Assembly (NCBI RefSeq): GCF_000372725.1
Contig: NW_005201286.1
Location: forward strand, 186,001 to 245,011
Length of the DNA: 59,011 nt
Reading direction: 5' to 3'
DNA from: Emiliania huxleyi CCMP1516
Lineage: Eukaryota
Below are positions 1 to 12,985 of this stretch, piece by piece; position 1 is the stretch's first letter; each line of letters begins with the position of its first letter. The notes under the pieces were generated by a model. The model made no database searches and was not told where the DNA came from. It saw nothing but the letters and a program-made list of their open reading frames with translations. The position numbers and the translations under genes were made by a program.

Positions 1-49
1 TTCTGCGCGGAGAGGATGAGCAGGGTGCATGGAATTATCTTGCCGGCCT

Positions 50-848
50 CAGAGGGTCCCTCAGCGAGAGTGTCCGCCTTCCCGCCTTCATTCAGCCACT
101 GTCGCACCGGTCCCACGCGGCCGTCCGTAGCCGCCTTCAGGACGTTCTTTTGGACTTCACCACCCGGCGCGCTGCCAGCAGACGGCAGAGGCGTGCGGAG
201 CACGGCGGAGGCGCGGAAGGGCGCGGCGGGCATGACGTCTTGGCGGCTAGCGGCGGCAAGCGAGCCCAGCACGATGGGTTTTGCGGACCGATTTCTTTTT
301 TCCCAATTCAGATCAAGCGGAGGCAGAGCCTCGTGGCGCAGTGCCTTCCAGTTGCGCTCCAAGTGCGCTCCAGTGGGCTCCAAGCTACTCGCCACGAGAA
401 GGCAGCATGTGCGGCGCAACGGCGCACGCCCTGAGCGAGTTGGCCTGTCCGAGGGTTTCCTCTCGCACCCTACCTGGTTTCCTTTCCGTGTTTCCTGCTC
501 GTTTCCCTACAACACCCTCTAGTTTCCTCGGGAAACCCCGGGGAAACTCCGTGGAATTCGTCATTTTGGGGGGGCTCTGAGCCGTGTCTGAGGCTGTTTT
601 GGGGCCAAAATCGGCAAAATACCGGGTATTTTGCGGGTATACCTGGAAAACCCCGGTATACCTGGAAAATACCTGGGTATCGTGCCGATTTCCTCAATTT
701 TGCCCCAGATTTTGCCCCAGACCAGCTCTCAGACTCAGGGAAACTCGCGAGTTTCCCGAGGGAAACTCGAGAGAAACAGAATGGAGCACCAAACACCCTC
801 TGGTTTCCCTGGAAACTTCCGGAAACGCAAAGTGCTGGGGACCCTCTG
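50..848. mobile_element. Probable non-autonomous TIR element (CAGAGGG...CCCTCTG ends)
   Basis: CAGAGGGTCCCTCAGC at 50-65 is nearly the reverse complement of GCTGGGGACCCTCTG at 834-848. Bases ~458-848 recur, diverged, at ~49640-50011. No TSD seen. Confidence 0.5.
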
Positions 849-1531
849 GTTTCCCTCTGGGTTGCCGGAAACCCTCGGACAGGCCAATGAGCGAGGCGTC
901 GCGGACGCGGTCCATCCAGTGCTTTATTTATCGATGGCGATCTGAGCGACACGATGACACCGTTTGTCGTGCGGCAGGCCGCCGGCATGTCCTCCCAGCT
1001 CCGCCTGGCGAGAGGGAAAGATCAAAGAAAGAAGAAAGCGCGGCACGGACAACCCAAGGCAGGGATGCCGGGATGGGAGGACGGCACGCCGCCACCACAC
1101 AGCTCACAGGGATTTTAAGAAGAGGTGTGTGGTGCGCTATCCGTCGCCCACCCTTGCGCCTTGGGCGTCTGCCTCTTCCTATCTCTCTTCGCAGTCCCTA
1201 GAGGGAAGGCAAGCGCCAGGAGGACGAAGAATTCTTTTTGCCCCCCCCCCCCCTCTCTGACGGAAAGCGCGCGCGAGATTTCTTTTTTATGGCTGGAAAG
1301 AAAAGGGCGAAGAGTAGTTGTCAAATTCACCCATGGGTTTCTTGCCGTCGTCCCTGGGCACTCCCAGCGGAGTCCGGAGGAATAAAATCGCGCCGGGACG
1401 CGGGAGAAGGTTTTTTCCCTCTAGCCCGATGCCGCCGATCATCCGGCCCGCTGGGTGCGCTTCTGCCTTCTCGCAGCTCCCCGGCCCTGGGTGTGAGGTT
1501 GCCAACCGCACTCCACACATTGGGCTACAAC

Positions 1532-2030
1532 TAGGTAGGTAGGTAGAAAGGTGAAGAACAGCCAGGCTCGGACTGGACACCAACGCGGTATGGGTGGACG
1601 CTAGACAGATGATGACGACACGCACGAGCGACACACAGACACAAACAAGCTCACAAGACACACAGCCAGCGGGCTGCCACACACCCTGAGTCGGCTTACA
1701 CATAACTCAAGGCCATACATATCCTCCCTGTCGCCCCCCCCAGCACTCCACGGTGCCAAGAGAAACAAACAAGGGCACAACGACACAACAGACGACAGGA
1801 AGTGACATGCGAGGCTAGAGCAGGCTTGCTCTACCTCCAGCAATCTCTCCGGCCGGCGAGGCACGGACGAGACCGTGTGTGGGGTCTAAGTGAGGTGTCT
1901 ATGGACGCTCTCCTCACGGGCTAGCTGCCTGCGGCTAGCCCTATCTCGCACTCACGGGCAGTGACAATTCAATGGGGGAGTGTTTGCGAGCAGAGGCGCG
2001 TGGGCTAAATCTAGGCCGCACGTCGTGGCA
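1532..2030 (-). repeat. Dispersed repeat, probable 3' end of a retroposon (copy 1)
   Basis: Diverged inverted copy at ~13800-14300. Both copies end at the same point in a short tetranucleotide tail, (TACC)n here and (TACA)n there. Confidence 0.6.
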
Positions 2031-3112
2031 GAACTGTAAACCCCACCTGGCTTCCTCCCGCTAAATATCGCCAGAGTTATCTTGCACCTCGAAGCGCAGA
2101 AGGGCTCCAACCTCCTCTCCCATCTGGCGCTTGCGTCGGGCAGCGTGGGCGCGGCATCCGTGACGGATGCGGGCCCTTCTCTCGCGGGATCGCTGGGAGC
2201 CGCTCGGCTCCCCACGCGCCGCCGAGCTGCAATGGCGCCACCGCAACGGCTGCCCCTCCTCGGCTCCCGCCCCGGGGCTGCCGAAATAGGTGCCCCGAGC
2301 CACCGTTTGCAACATCCGCGCGGAACGGCGGTGCTGCCGACGCCCCCCCGACCGGCAAACACCACCAGAAGGGCGGTGGTGATCGCTCCCGGTCAGTAAT
2401 GTCGTCGTCGTCGCGCAGTTCCCTTAAGTGACGTTCGGCGCCCGGCGGCGCTGGCGGCCAAGAATCCGGATTTTCGTCTCTCGACGCGAAGATATGGTCC
2501 CGAGTCTCACTACTCGCCCCTCCATCCTGTAGGTCCGGACCTTGCCTGCTCAGTAGCCGCGATAAATCGTCGCCCTCATCGTCCGCGGTCATCCTTTCAG
2601 CCTCAAACGGGCCAAACGACAGTCTCGCCATCACCCATCTCGCCTCTCGCGATCGCGTCACGGCTTCCCTTGTGCCGCGAGTAGGCGTGTGAGTGATGGC
2701 CCTGCCACCAGGTACACGGCTACACCTCGGGACGCCGTGCTGAGACGGGTAGAGCCGCCCCACGGGAGCGAAAGCCGCCTCGCGCGCCTCAGCCCGCCGG
2801 GCCCCTCGGCGGCCAGTGTGGGGTGGATACGGCGGTGATAAACCCCCCTGACAGCAGCGCCTCACGGCGTGGGCTGCGAGGTCACTCGGGGTGACCCAGG
2901 GGGCGGCGGGGGAGCAATCTCCTGCCGGAGCAGCGGGTGATATTCCCGCTACTCGCTCGAGTTTGAGGTGCGCCGCGCCTCGCCTGTGTTGCCTTCCCGG
3001 CCGCCCCAGCCGCCCTCACCGTTCCTCATCCCCTCCCCCACCCCCTCCCCCTCAGGCTAGACCCTCGCCACCTCTACTGCCACTGTCTCCGCCACCTCCG
3101 CCGCCGTTTCTC

Positions 3113-3465
3113 NNNNNNNNNNNNNNNNNNNNNNNNNNNNNNNNNNNNNNNNNNNNNNNNNNNNNNNNNNNNNNNNNNNNNNNNNNNNNNNNNNNNNNNN
3201 NNNNNNNNNNNNNNNNNNNNNNNNNNNNNNNNNNNNNNNNNNNNNNNNNNNNNNNNNNNNNNNNNNNNNNNNNNNNNNNNNNNNNNNNNNNNNNNNNNNN
3301 NNNNNNNNNNNNNNNNNNNNNNNNNNNNNNNNNNNNNNNNNNNNNNNNNNNNNNNNNNNNNNNNNNNNNNNNNNNNNNNNNNNNNNNNNNNNNNNNNNNN
3401 NNNNNNNNNNNNNNNNNNNNNNNNNNNNNNNNNNNNNNNNNNNNNNNNNNNNNNNNNNNNNNNNN
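3113..3465. other. Assembly gap (N run)
   Basis: Run of N bases. Confidence 1.
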
Positions 3466-4733
3466 GTGCGGGCTGGGGGCGGCGGCGGCACTCTGCGGGT
3501 GGCGGGCGAGCTGCTGGCTGGCCGGCGGCGCGTCTCGACTCAAATTATGGGCCGCCTCTCGGCCGTGTGGCGCGAGGAGAGGGCGGCGCGCTCGGCGCGC
3601 TGGCGGCGGTGAAGCCTCTCAGAGTGGGCGCTGGCTGGCCAAGGGCGTCGGGCGGGTGCGGGGCGGCACTCGGGTCGCCGGGACGGGCCGTGGTGGCCCG
3701 TGTGGCGTTCGTGAGGGACTGTTTGGGCGCCCCGGCAGCCTCCCCGCCTGCGTGACCAGGGCCGGTTTGGCAGCGGTTTGGGCTGTGTGTGGGCTGGTCG
3801 CGGTAGGGGATATAGTGCTTGTTTATGGTCCCACTCACCACTCCCGGCCAACGGGGCCTCGCGGGGCGTCCTCGTTTGCAGTAAAGGCCTCTGCCATCGC
3901 TCAGAGTCCCAAACCATGTGATCCTCCGCGCCGCCGCGCCCGAGTAGTCTGCCAGATGCGACGTCGTCGGGGAGGGCGTCGTCGCGGGCGCCAACGTCGT
4001 CATGCGAGCCCCTACGGCTGTCCAAGGGCACGTCTGGGTGACCAGGGGCGGGGGTCGAGCCGTGAGTGCTCCGCCGGGGCGAGCTTCTGGGTCCATGGGA
4101 CCGCTGCCGGACCCATCCGAGAGCCTCTCCGGACACGTTCGCTCGACGGCCTAGTTGGCGGCCGATGTTCGACGACTAAAGCTCCGGACGCCGCGGCCAA
4201 AGGTCCGCCCACGGCCCCAGGGCTCGTGGTGGGTGTGGGGTGTGCCTCACGAGGCGGAGAAGCCGCGTGAACTCCCGTAGAAGCTCGCGAAGTGCGGATT
4301 TGGAGCGCCGCGCCGGACCTCCGCCGGGGCCCGCCGGGGCGCCGTATGGGCCTCGGGGTGCCCGATAAGCTTAGAGGTGCGGTTTTTTTTGCTTGTGTCT
4401 ATCGGTTCATGTCATGGACCGGCCCTGGGAAGCCTTTGACCGCGCGCGGAGGGTGTTACGGGGCCGTGATGATTTAGCGGGAGGGAAATCGGGGCCGATT
4501 TGCCCAGTGTGCAAGTGCTCCAAGTGCTCCCAGGGGCACTAAGATGCATTACTAGAACACCGAGAAGCTCGACGACCAAGTGGATGCACGGCATGACGCC
4601 CAGTGAACGGCGGGGTTGAGTTTTCACACGCGGCTCCCCTCCCCCATCTCGCGCGTGAGCGCTGAGCCTCGCACACTCACCGGCTCTTCTTCGCCTCGCG
4701 CCACCGCGCGCGGCAGCGCGAGCACGCGCCGCG

Positions 4734-6347
4734 CTACTCCGTCTCGCGCGTGATCGCGAAGCGCAGCACGCACGCGACAAAGTCGAGCGCCGCGATGCCG
4801 TTCGTGTTTCCTGCCGAATCGAGATGGTGCTGCTCGTGGATCTCGTAGAGCGAGAGGACGAGGAGCGCCGCCCGCGCGCGGGCCGCCGCGGGGAAGAGCG
4901 AATGGCTTGCCGGCGACCACGGCGCCGCCGCCCGCCGGATCAGCGCCGCCGCCTCGCCCTCGCCGCCCGCGGCGCGCTGCAGCGGCGTCGGCTCGCCCTC
5001 GTGCAAGCTTGCGCCGCTGCGCAGCAGGGAGAGAGCGCGGGCGGCGGTGAGGGTCTCAAGGTGCGCGAGCGGCGTCCAGCCGCGGCTGGCGACCAGCCAG
5101 GCGGCGAGGTCGGCGTGGCCGCGGTTGTTTGCCATTTCCTCGGGCGTGCCGCGGGGCGTAGCGGCGCGGGAGGCGCCGTAGGAGGAGAGGAGCTTGGCGA
5201 CCTCGAGGCGGCCGTTGTGGCACGCGGCGAGCAGCGGCGTGACGCCGTTGTTGCGGGCTTGGTTGACGGAAGCGCCGGTCTCGAGGAGCAGCCGAACGAT
5301 GTCGAGGTGGCCCTTCTGGCACGCGATGTACAGCGGCGTGGCGCCGGTGTCCTTGGCCTGGTCGACCGCCGCGCTGGCCTCGAGGAGCAGCTGGGCGCAC
5401 TCGAGCTGGCCGTTCTGGCACGCCATGATCAGTGGCGTGACGCCGTTGCCGCTGGCTTGGTCGACCACTGCGCCAGCCTCGAGAAGCAGCCGGGCGATCT
5501 CGACGTGGCCCTTCTGGCACGCCATGTACAGGGGCGTGGCGCCGTCGTTGCGGGCTTGGTTGACCGCCGCGCTGGCCTCGAGGAGCAGCCGGACGATTTC
5601 GACGTGGCCCTTTAGGCACGCGATGAACAGCGGCGTGGCGCCGCCGTCCGTGGCCTGGTTGACTGCCGCACCAGCCCCGAGGAGCAGCCGGGCGCACTCG
5701 ACGCGGCCTTGGTGGCACGCAGCGAAGAGCGGCGTGAAGCCGCCGTCCATGGCCTGGCCGACTGCTGCGCCAGCGTCGCGCAGCAGCCTCGCGATCTCGA
5801 CGTGGCCCTGCTGGCACGCAGCGAAGAGCGGCGTGGCGCCGTTCTCCTTGGCTTGGTCGACCGCCGCGCCAGCGTCGCGCAGCAGCCGGGCGATGTCGAC
5901 GTGGCCGTTCTCACACGCGATGGACAGCGGCGTGGTACCATCCTCTGTGGCTTGGTTGACCACCGCGCCCGCCTCGAGAAGCAGCCGGGCGACCTCGACG
6001 TGGCCCTCCTGGCACGCCATGTACAGCGGCGTGAAGCCGTCCGCATCGGCTTGGTTGACCGCCGCGCCGGCCTCGAGGAGCAGCCGGGCGCACTCGAGGC
6101 ATTCCTTCTCGCACGCAAGGAGGAGAGCGGAGGCGCCTTCGCCGTCAGCCGCCCCAACGCTCGCGCCGGCCTCGAGCAGCAGCCGCACCGCCTCGGCTCG
6201 CCCGTGCCGAGCGGCCCAGGTAAGAAGCGTGTCTTGCGTGTCGGTCTCGAGCCGCGCGTTGAGCGTGCCGCGCGTCCGCCGCCCGGAGAGGAAGGCTCGC
6301 AGCGCGGCCAGGTCGCCCACCGCCAGGTCGGGCAGCAGAGTCGTCAC
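4734..6347 (-). CDS. Ankyrin-repeat protein (~11 highly similar 33-aa repeats plus a C-terminal domain)
   Basis: Repeated GxTPLxxACxxGHxExARLLLEAGAxVNQA. The ORF begins at GTG after a pyrimidine tract and CAG, so the true start or an upstream exon is uncertain. Confidence 0.9.
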   Translation of the reverse strand: MTTLLPDLAVGDLAALRAFLSGRRTRGTLNARLETDTQDTLLTWAARHGRAEAVRLLLEAGASVGAADGEGASALLLACEKECLECARLLLEAGAAVNQADADGFTPLYMACQEGHVEVARLLLEAGAVVNQATEDGTTPLSIACENGHVDIARLLRDAGAAVDQAKENGATPLFAACQQGHVEIARLLRDAGAAVGQAMDGGFTPLFAACHQGRVECARLLLGAGAAVNQATDGGATPLFIACLKGHVEIVRLLLEASAAVNQARNDGATPLYMACQKGHVEIARLLLEAGAVVDQASGNGVTPLIMACQNGQLECAQLLLEASAAVDQAKDTGATPLYIACQKGHLDIVRLLLETGASVNQARNNGVTPLLAACHNGRLEVAKLLSSYGASRAATPRGTPEEMANNRGHADLAAWLVASRGWTPLAHLETLTAARALSLLRSGASLHEGEPTPLQRAAGGEGEAAALIRRAAAPWSPASHSLFPAAARARAALLVLSLYEIHEQHHLDSAGNTNGIAALDFVACVLRFAITRETE

Positions 6348-6509
6348 TGCGCCAGAAAGAAGAAAAACAGGGTGGCCGGCGCGAGCGCAGCGTTCCTGGA
6401 AGCCGCGAGTGAGCAGCGCAAAGAGGGAAAAGCTCGACCGCTGTTTGCTGTGAGAGACTCGTCAAGATGCCAGAAAGCGCGAAGAGAGGGAGGCGCGAGA
6501 GGCTCAACA

Positions 6510-7150
6510 CTAGGCTGCCGACTCCCATTCGCCGTCGCACTCCGTGGGAGACATGCGGTGCCCGCGGGCGAAGGCGACGTACTGCGTGCAGCCGACCTCA
6601 TCGGGCGTTACCCACCACCCACGCCAAAACGGCCCGTCTCGCGGTCGTCCCAGTAGTACAGGAACAGGTAGAAGGGCGTCTCAGCCTGGCCTCCCTCCGC
6701 CATGATCAGCGCGTCAAGGCTGCGGGGCGATATGACCAGAATCGCCGAACATTGCGCGCGCTGCTGGTTGAGCGTCTCGCTCAGCCGATCGAACAGCGCC
6801 GGATCCCGCGTCCTCGCGTCCGCTCGTGCGATACACTGCGAGAGCTGCCTCGATGTCGCCCAGCTCGGTCAAAGGGCTCGCTCGAGCGACCACGTCAGAC
6901 ACGCAAAAGCTGTCGAATCCATTCCACCCTTGGGTTGGTTTCTTACGACGGCGTTCGGGCTGCCGACCTCTTTGGCGAAGTGGTAGATGATTCTCTTGGT
7001 TGGCCGCGCGATGCCGCCCTGCGCCCTGGCTTTCGAGACAAATGTTGACGATTCCGTTCTTGACAATGGAGCGCGTCGTAGTTCGAGTACTGTCCCTTGT
7101 GCTCACACACACAGTGTGCACCAAAGATGAAACCCTGCACAAAGATCGCA
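6510..7150 (-). pseudogene. Frameshifted coding remnant of unknown function
   Basis: Protein-like TPFYLFLYYWDDR / DGPFWRGWWVTPDEVGCTQYVAFARG is split by a 2-nt frameshift near 6640. Confidence 0.35.
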
Positions 7151-7233
7151 TGGCGGTGGACTTTTCGCTTTTGCTCCTTTCACCCATCTCCTAGAGGTGT
7201 CCGTTGTATTTATTCATCTCTCACACGCTCTTC

Positions 7234-7249
7234 ACTCTCTCTCCCCCCC

Positions 7250-7324
<75 letters not shown>
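7234..7324. repeat. poly-C plus (CT)n microsatellite
   Basis: Seen directly. Confidence 0.95.
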
Positions 7325-7327
<3 letters not shown>

Positions 7328-8923
7328 CGGCTCGCTCCTCGGTCTCATTGAGGCTCCCAGCCAAGTAGAAACGAGTAGGCAGAGGGAAGCTTCGTCAGCA
7401 GTGACGCTGAAATCTCGCATCGTGACATTGCACCTTCCCAACAGCAAGTGACGTTGCCGTTCGGCGTCGAGAGCCTGTGATGCAACCCGTGTGCTGGCAT
7501 CCGTCGTGACGCAGTGACTGATCCGGGAGTGAAATCTGACACACCGTCGCGACAGATTGGTCGTGAGACTATGCAGCGGCGGCGATCGGCCGCCACGGCT
7601 GCGTGGTGGCGTGGCGACGAGCCGTCGCTGCGAGCGGCGTCTCCGGGAGGCCTCTGGACGGCCTCGGCCCGGGTCTGCGAGGCCGTGGGTGTCAGAGGCG
7701 GGCGTGAGGGTCTCTCTGGCGCCTGCGGGTGGTCGGCCGCGCCGCTGTGCTTTTTTTAAGAGCGCGACCACAAGACGGGTGGCGACGTCGACCACGTCGA
7801 CGCGGTGCCGCTGGCGATTTAATATTTAAGATCATACTTGATCAGGATCATTTCTGTAGTATGTTCTTCCACTCAGCGACTGTAGCTGAGCTGTTTCTCA
7901 CAATCGAGAGGACGACCTATACCATCCGGAGGGTTAGGGACACTGCGTTGGAGCCGCTTGCGGCTCCCTCGCTGGAAGAACCTGCGGTTCTTTTCTTGAG
8001 GCGCCCCGCCGGATTCGAGTCGGATCGATTCTTATTTCTCCCTAAACGTATTGGTGGCGAGGCGGAGAAACTTAGACTTGCACAGTGAAACTACCAACGA
8101 AGACAGCACACCCGCGTTGTGTGAAAGAGAGAGACTTCTTCTCGCGACTTCTTCTTGCGACTTGTGAGAGAGAGAGACTTCTTCTCGCGACTTCTTCTTG
8201 CGACTTCTTCTTGCGTTGTGCGACGGCGACTATGAACCTCAAAGGGGGGCGCGCGCGGGGGCGGCGGGTGGGCGGGATGTTTGTGGGCCCGAGAGCAGCG
8301 ATGTGCCATTTGTTTGTGTCTTCATCGAACTAGCGCAAAAGAAAAAAACCCGGCGACGACGGCGCTCTGGATGGGGCGTGACCTCCTGCCTCCAACCTCC
8401 TTCCTTTTTGAGCAGGTGTGACGCCGCGCGAGCGACGCTCCGAGATCGCCCGAGATAGCGCGGCGCGGCGGTGGGTGAGGTGGGGCGGGGTGGAGAGGCG
8501 TGGCGTGGAGCTCCGAGATCGCCCGAGATCGCGCGAGATCGCCCGAGATCGCGCGGCGCGGCCCGAGGCGAGGTGGATGGGTTGGGAGCGAGGGGGCGGA
8601 AGTGATCAGTGCGGTAGATCGGTCAGTCGGGGCGCGTGAGCCGGACTTGTGAGCCGGACGGCTTTCATTTCTCTCTGCGTTGTTGAGCCAGGACTCAACA
8701 TACTCGTTCTGTTGCCGTCCCAAACTGTCACTCCCCTTTCTCCCGGCCGGGGCGGGGCGCGCGCGGGGGCGGCGGGTGTGCGGCGAGTGTGCGGGATGTC
8801 TGTGGGCCCGAGAGCGATATGCCATGTCCGCCTTGCGTTGTTTCATAACATCGAAGGCTAAGCTCAAAGAAAAACTTGCCGCCCACCCACACAGGTTGAG
8901 TGCTCGCAGCAGTCGGCGTGACA

Positions 8924-10226
8924 ATGCTGCGAGTCTCGCTGCCGCACGGCGCGCAGGCCGGAGATCGCATCGTCGTCGAGACCGCGTCTGGCGCGTGCTC
9001 GAGCGTCGTCCTTGCGCAGGGCGCGCCGCGAGGCGCCACCCTTACCCTCGCGCTCCCGCAGAACGCCGCCGACAACGACAGCGCCGAGCGGGTCCTGCTG
9101 CGGACGGGGCAGCCGCCGGGTGCGGTCGCGCTCGACGCGGAGAGCGTCGCTGTCTGCGCGTCTCTCGTCGACGGCACGCTCTCCACCGGCGCGCCGGAAG
9201 AAGACGGAGAGGGGGCCCGCGCCGCCGCCGCCGCCCCCTTTTCCTCGCCGCTCGAGCCCGCAGCAGCCTCCGCCCTCCTGTCTGGGGTGACGAACGACGA
9301 GGACGCAATGAAGCAATTCCTTGCCCACGTCGACGACGCCGACAAGCGGTCGCAAGTCGCCGACGTCGCCGCCGCCACAGCCACCGCCTCCGCCGTCTCT
9401 GCCTCCGCCGCCGCTGCCACTGCCTCCGCCGCCGCCTCTGCCGCCGCCGCCGCCGCCGCTCCCTCGCCGCTCGAGGCTGCCGCTGAAGAGGGGTCGCCCG
9501 GCGTTGGCGGCGCCGCCTCGCCACCCGCTCAAGCCATGCTCCTCGACCTGCCCACGGAGCTACTCGCGCGCTGCGTCGCGCTGGTCGACAGCCTCGCCGA
9601 CATCGCCCGCATCCGGGCCGTCGCTCACCACTTCTGCGACCTGCTCCCTCCGCTTGGCGAAGGCGGCGCAGCGCAACCTTCGGTTGCCGCGCAGGCCTTG
9701 GTGGTGCGCGCGGATCTGCACGGCTATGACTTTGAGGCGAGGGTCGACGATCGCGCTGAGCGCGCTGAGGCGCGTTCCGTGCCTCTCCTCCGTCATCATC
9801 CAAGCCTTATCCGCCTCCTCTCCTGACTACAGGCAATGCTTATCGCCGCAACCTCTGCGCCCTACGACGAGGCGGCGCTCGTGGCCGCCCTTCGGGCCTT
9901 TAAGCGCTTCTTTCTCTATCGATTGTATCGCGCGCATAGAGGCCGACGGAGATGTGTGTGCGAGGCGATCAACCGCGGGCTCGTCGCCACCGCATCGCGC
10001 GGACTCACTGAGCCGGTTGAGCTTGTCAATAGGCGCTATCGCACGCTAGGGCGGCGCTACGCGAGAGGGGCATGGAATATGATGCAGAGGAGGGAGATGA
10101 CGTTCTCCTCGCCACGGACAGGCTGGTGCTTCTTTTGAGCAGAGACGAGGAAGAGGATGCAGAGGCAGAGGCAGAGGTTCGCCGTGGGCCACTGCCGCCG
10201 CCACTGCCGCCGCCGCCGCCGCCACT

Positions 10227-10263
<37 letters not shown>

Positions 10264-10680
10264 GGGATCCCTGCGGTGGACAGCAGGTCGCAGTCCAGTG
10301 GCAGTGCTTTTCGAGCGCGGTGCTTGGTGGCGATGCACCGCGAGGCCGAGCTCGATGTCCTCGGCCGAGACGATCGGGCAGTTTGCCACCATCGGGCTGC
10401 AGTCAAGATTCAATCAATTTGTCGAATGGTTCCAGCAGCGCGGATTGCAATTGAGCTCTATGACTATCTGCCAGACTATCTGGGATATAGCGACAGATTG
10501 GCCACACGCTATTGTCTGTGGGAAGCGCAGAGGGCGATGCGATACAGGGCGCATATCGTCGTGACGGGCGATCCTCACAGCGATCTTATTGACGGGGGGC
10601 GATACTACGACGACGAGGTCGATGTGAGCCTATGGAGCCGAAAGACTCTTCTGTACCCATTTGACCGATCGTATTATTAG
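8924..10680 (+). CDS. Hypothetical protein with F-box-like motif; spliced or disrupted
   Basis: ATG at 8924. LLDLPTELLARCVALVDSLADIARIRAV is F-box-like. Downstream frames 9836-10138 and 10072-10680 (poly-Pro, IQ-like AAVKIQSICR) may belong to the same unit. Confidence 0.45.
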
Positions 10681-11524
10681 TGCTGCTCGCATCCGTTGGC
10701 ATATGCACTCTTCGGTCTCGTGTGAGCGCTCCTCTCTCGTCTCACAACCACCCTCTGCGCATGTGTGCGCGTCTGGGTTCCCGGGGATTGTTACAACCAC
10801 AAGGCGTGAGTCGTGAACATACATACCTACGGTACGGGTGTGGAGGGTGAGTTGACCAAGGGGTTGTGCGCCGGGCCCTCCTGCTCGGCTCCAGCCGGTA
10901 GACAAGTCTTGTCATCAACAGAGTAGATGGATCTGACCTCGGGGCCGATGTGACCAAGCGCTGGTAGCGTGGTTTAACCTCAAACCCATGGTCTCACAGT
11001 GTGCCGGCAGTCGCCGAGCAGTGTCGCTCACACAAGCCGCAGCACAAGTGACTGAGGGCCAGTGAGGGCGAGCCCATCGCTGTCACAGCTGTGGCATCCG
11101 CACAGTAGGCTGTGTCAACTGTGCAGAGTGTGTGAGCAGCAGAGGAGCTGCTCTCCAGGCTTCTGTCGCAAAGAGCTGCATGCCACCGAAGGCGCTGTCG
11201 AGGTTCGCCGAGCGCGGCGCAGGTTGAGGGAAGCCGCCACCGACGAGCGCGTTGGACTTTTCACTCCGGACAAAAAACGCGGCACAGCGGACGGTGCGGG
11301 GCGTGCCGCAAACTTAGCGGCGAGGCGCGGGACCGTCTGTGGCGAGGTGGGTCGCGTCCCTCGATTTCCGTCAACCCAGCATCCACACCCTTTAGATACA
11401 TACATGGCCATCTCCAGTGTGGAAAAAAGCGCGCGCATGTACTGCTCGTATTGTCCGTATTCCGCAAGTGGCGACACACCGGCGTGAAATACTCAGAACG
11501 CGTACGCCCCTCTCATGAAGCTGT

Positions 11525-12220
11525 GACACTGCGTTGGAGCCGCTTGCGGCTCCCTCGCTGGAAGAATTTAGACAAAACAACTCTCTCTCACAGCAGACAG
11601 GCTCGACACAGGTGCGAACTGGCGCGTGCTAGTACTATCACCGGCACACCACCGGAGCGCTGGAAGAACCTGCGGCTCTTTTCTTGAGCCGCCCTGCCGG
11701 ATTCGAGTCGGATCGATTTTTTCTCCCTAAATTTCTGCTTGCTCCTCTCCCTCCTCCTCCTCCCTCCGCCGTCGTCCCGCCGGCTCCTCGCCCCTCGCGG
11801 CGCTGCCCGCCCGCGAGAAAGTGCTGTGTGTATCGGTGGCGCGCGGCGGACAACAGTCAGACTTGCACAGTCAGACTACCTACGATGACACCCGCGTTGT
11901 GGAACGCTGGTAGGATGAACCTCTACACAAAAAGAAAAAATCCCACGGACTCAAACACAAAACAATAAAAATCTCTCTCGGACTCACCACAGGTTGAGTG
12001 CTCGCGCGAGTCGGCGTGACAATGCTGCGAGTCTCGCTACCGGTACCGCTCGGCGCGCAGGCCGGAGATCGCATCGTCGTCGAGACCGCGTCGGGCGCGT
12101 GCTCGAGCGTCGTCCTTCCGCAGGGCGCGCCGCGAGGCGCCACCCTCACCCTCGCGCTCCCCCAGAACGCCGCCGACAACGACAGCGCCGAGCGGGTCCT
12201 GCTGCGGACGGGGCAGCCGC
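11525..12220 (+). pseudogene. Partial duplicate of the upstream region and 5' CDS of the 8924 gene
   Basis: Blocks match 7939-8122 and 8887-9117 (MLRVSLP...RTGQPP), then similarity stops abruptly. Confidence 0.75.
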
Positions 12221-12849
12221 CTAGACAGGGCTGTATCCATCAGTGCTCGTCATTTAAATTCGCGTGCGGACTTCGCGGGGAAAAGAATTTATCAACCCTG
12301 TGGGCGTGTGTGAGTATTCTTGATACGAAACCACGACGACACACACCAGTCGACTCGCATCGGTTGCCTCCATGAACGGCGGAGCTATTCTCGCGTCCAA
12401 ACCACACCTGGCTCCAACGTGGACACGCCCATAGCTGGGGACACTACTAGGTCACGCATGGCATCAGAAGTTTTGTCTCTGGGCCCCGAAAGGCATCTCT
12501 AGCAGTGTCGTTACGCATGCCCCCTCCCCTCCTGGGCGCATACGCCTCACGTCTCGCCAGAGCATAAGCCCTTGGCGTGTGGCGAGACGAGTTTTTCGCC
12601 ATGCAGCGAGCAGCAAGCCGCCCGCCGCAAACAGCCGGAGGCATCGCCACGGCACTGGCTGCGCCGCGGTCCCGCACCCGTCGGCGAAGCTCCCCCCGCC
12701 GAAGACCGCGCGTAGCGACGCCTTGACGATCGAGATGAGCGCGCTCCAAGCTCGTCCACCTACTGCCCCTGAGAGTTGGTTACGAGTGGGATCAGCTCCC
12801 CCCCTTGGGATCGAAGCCGCCACACCTCGCACCCAACATCCCAGGCGGG

Positions 12850-12854
<5 letters not shown>

Positions 12855-12947
<93 letters not shown>

Positions 12948-12985
12948 CTCTTCTCTCTCTTCTCTCTCTCTTCTCTCTCTCTCTG
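12855..12985. repeat. (CT)n microsatellite
   Basis: Seen directly. Confidence 0.95.

Noticed and set aside
2891..4270. 459-aa ORF
   Set aside because: Spans the N gap and has low-complexity composition.
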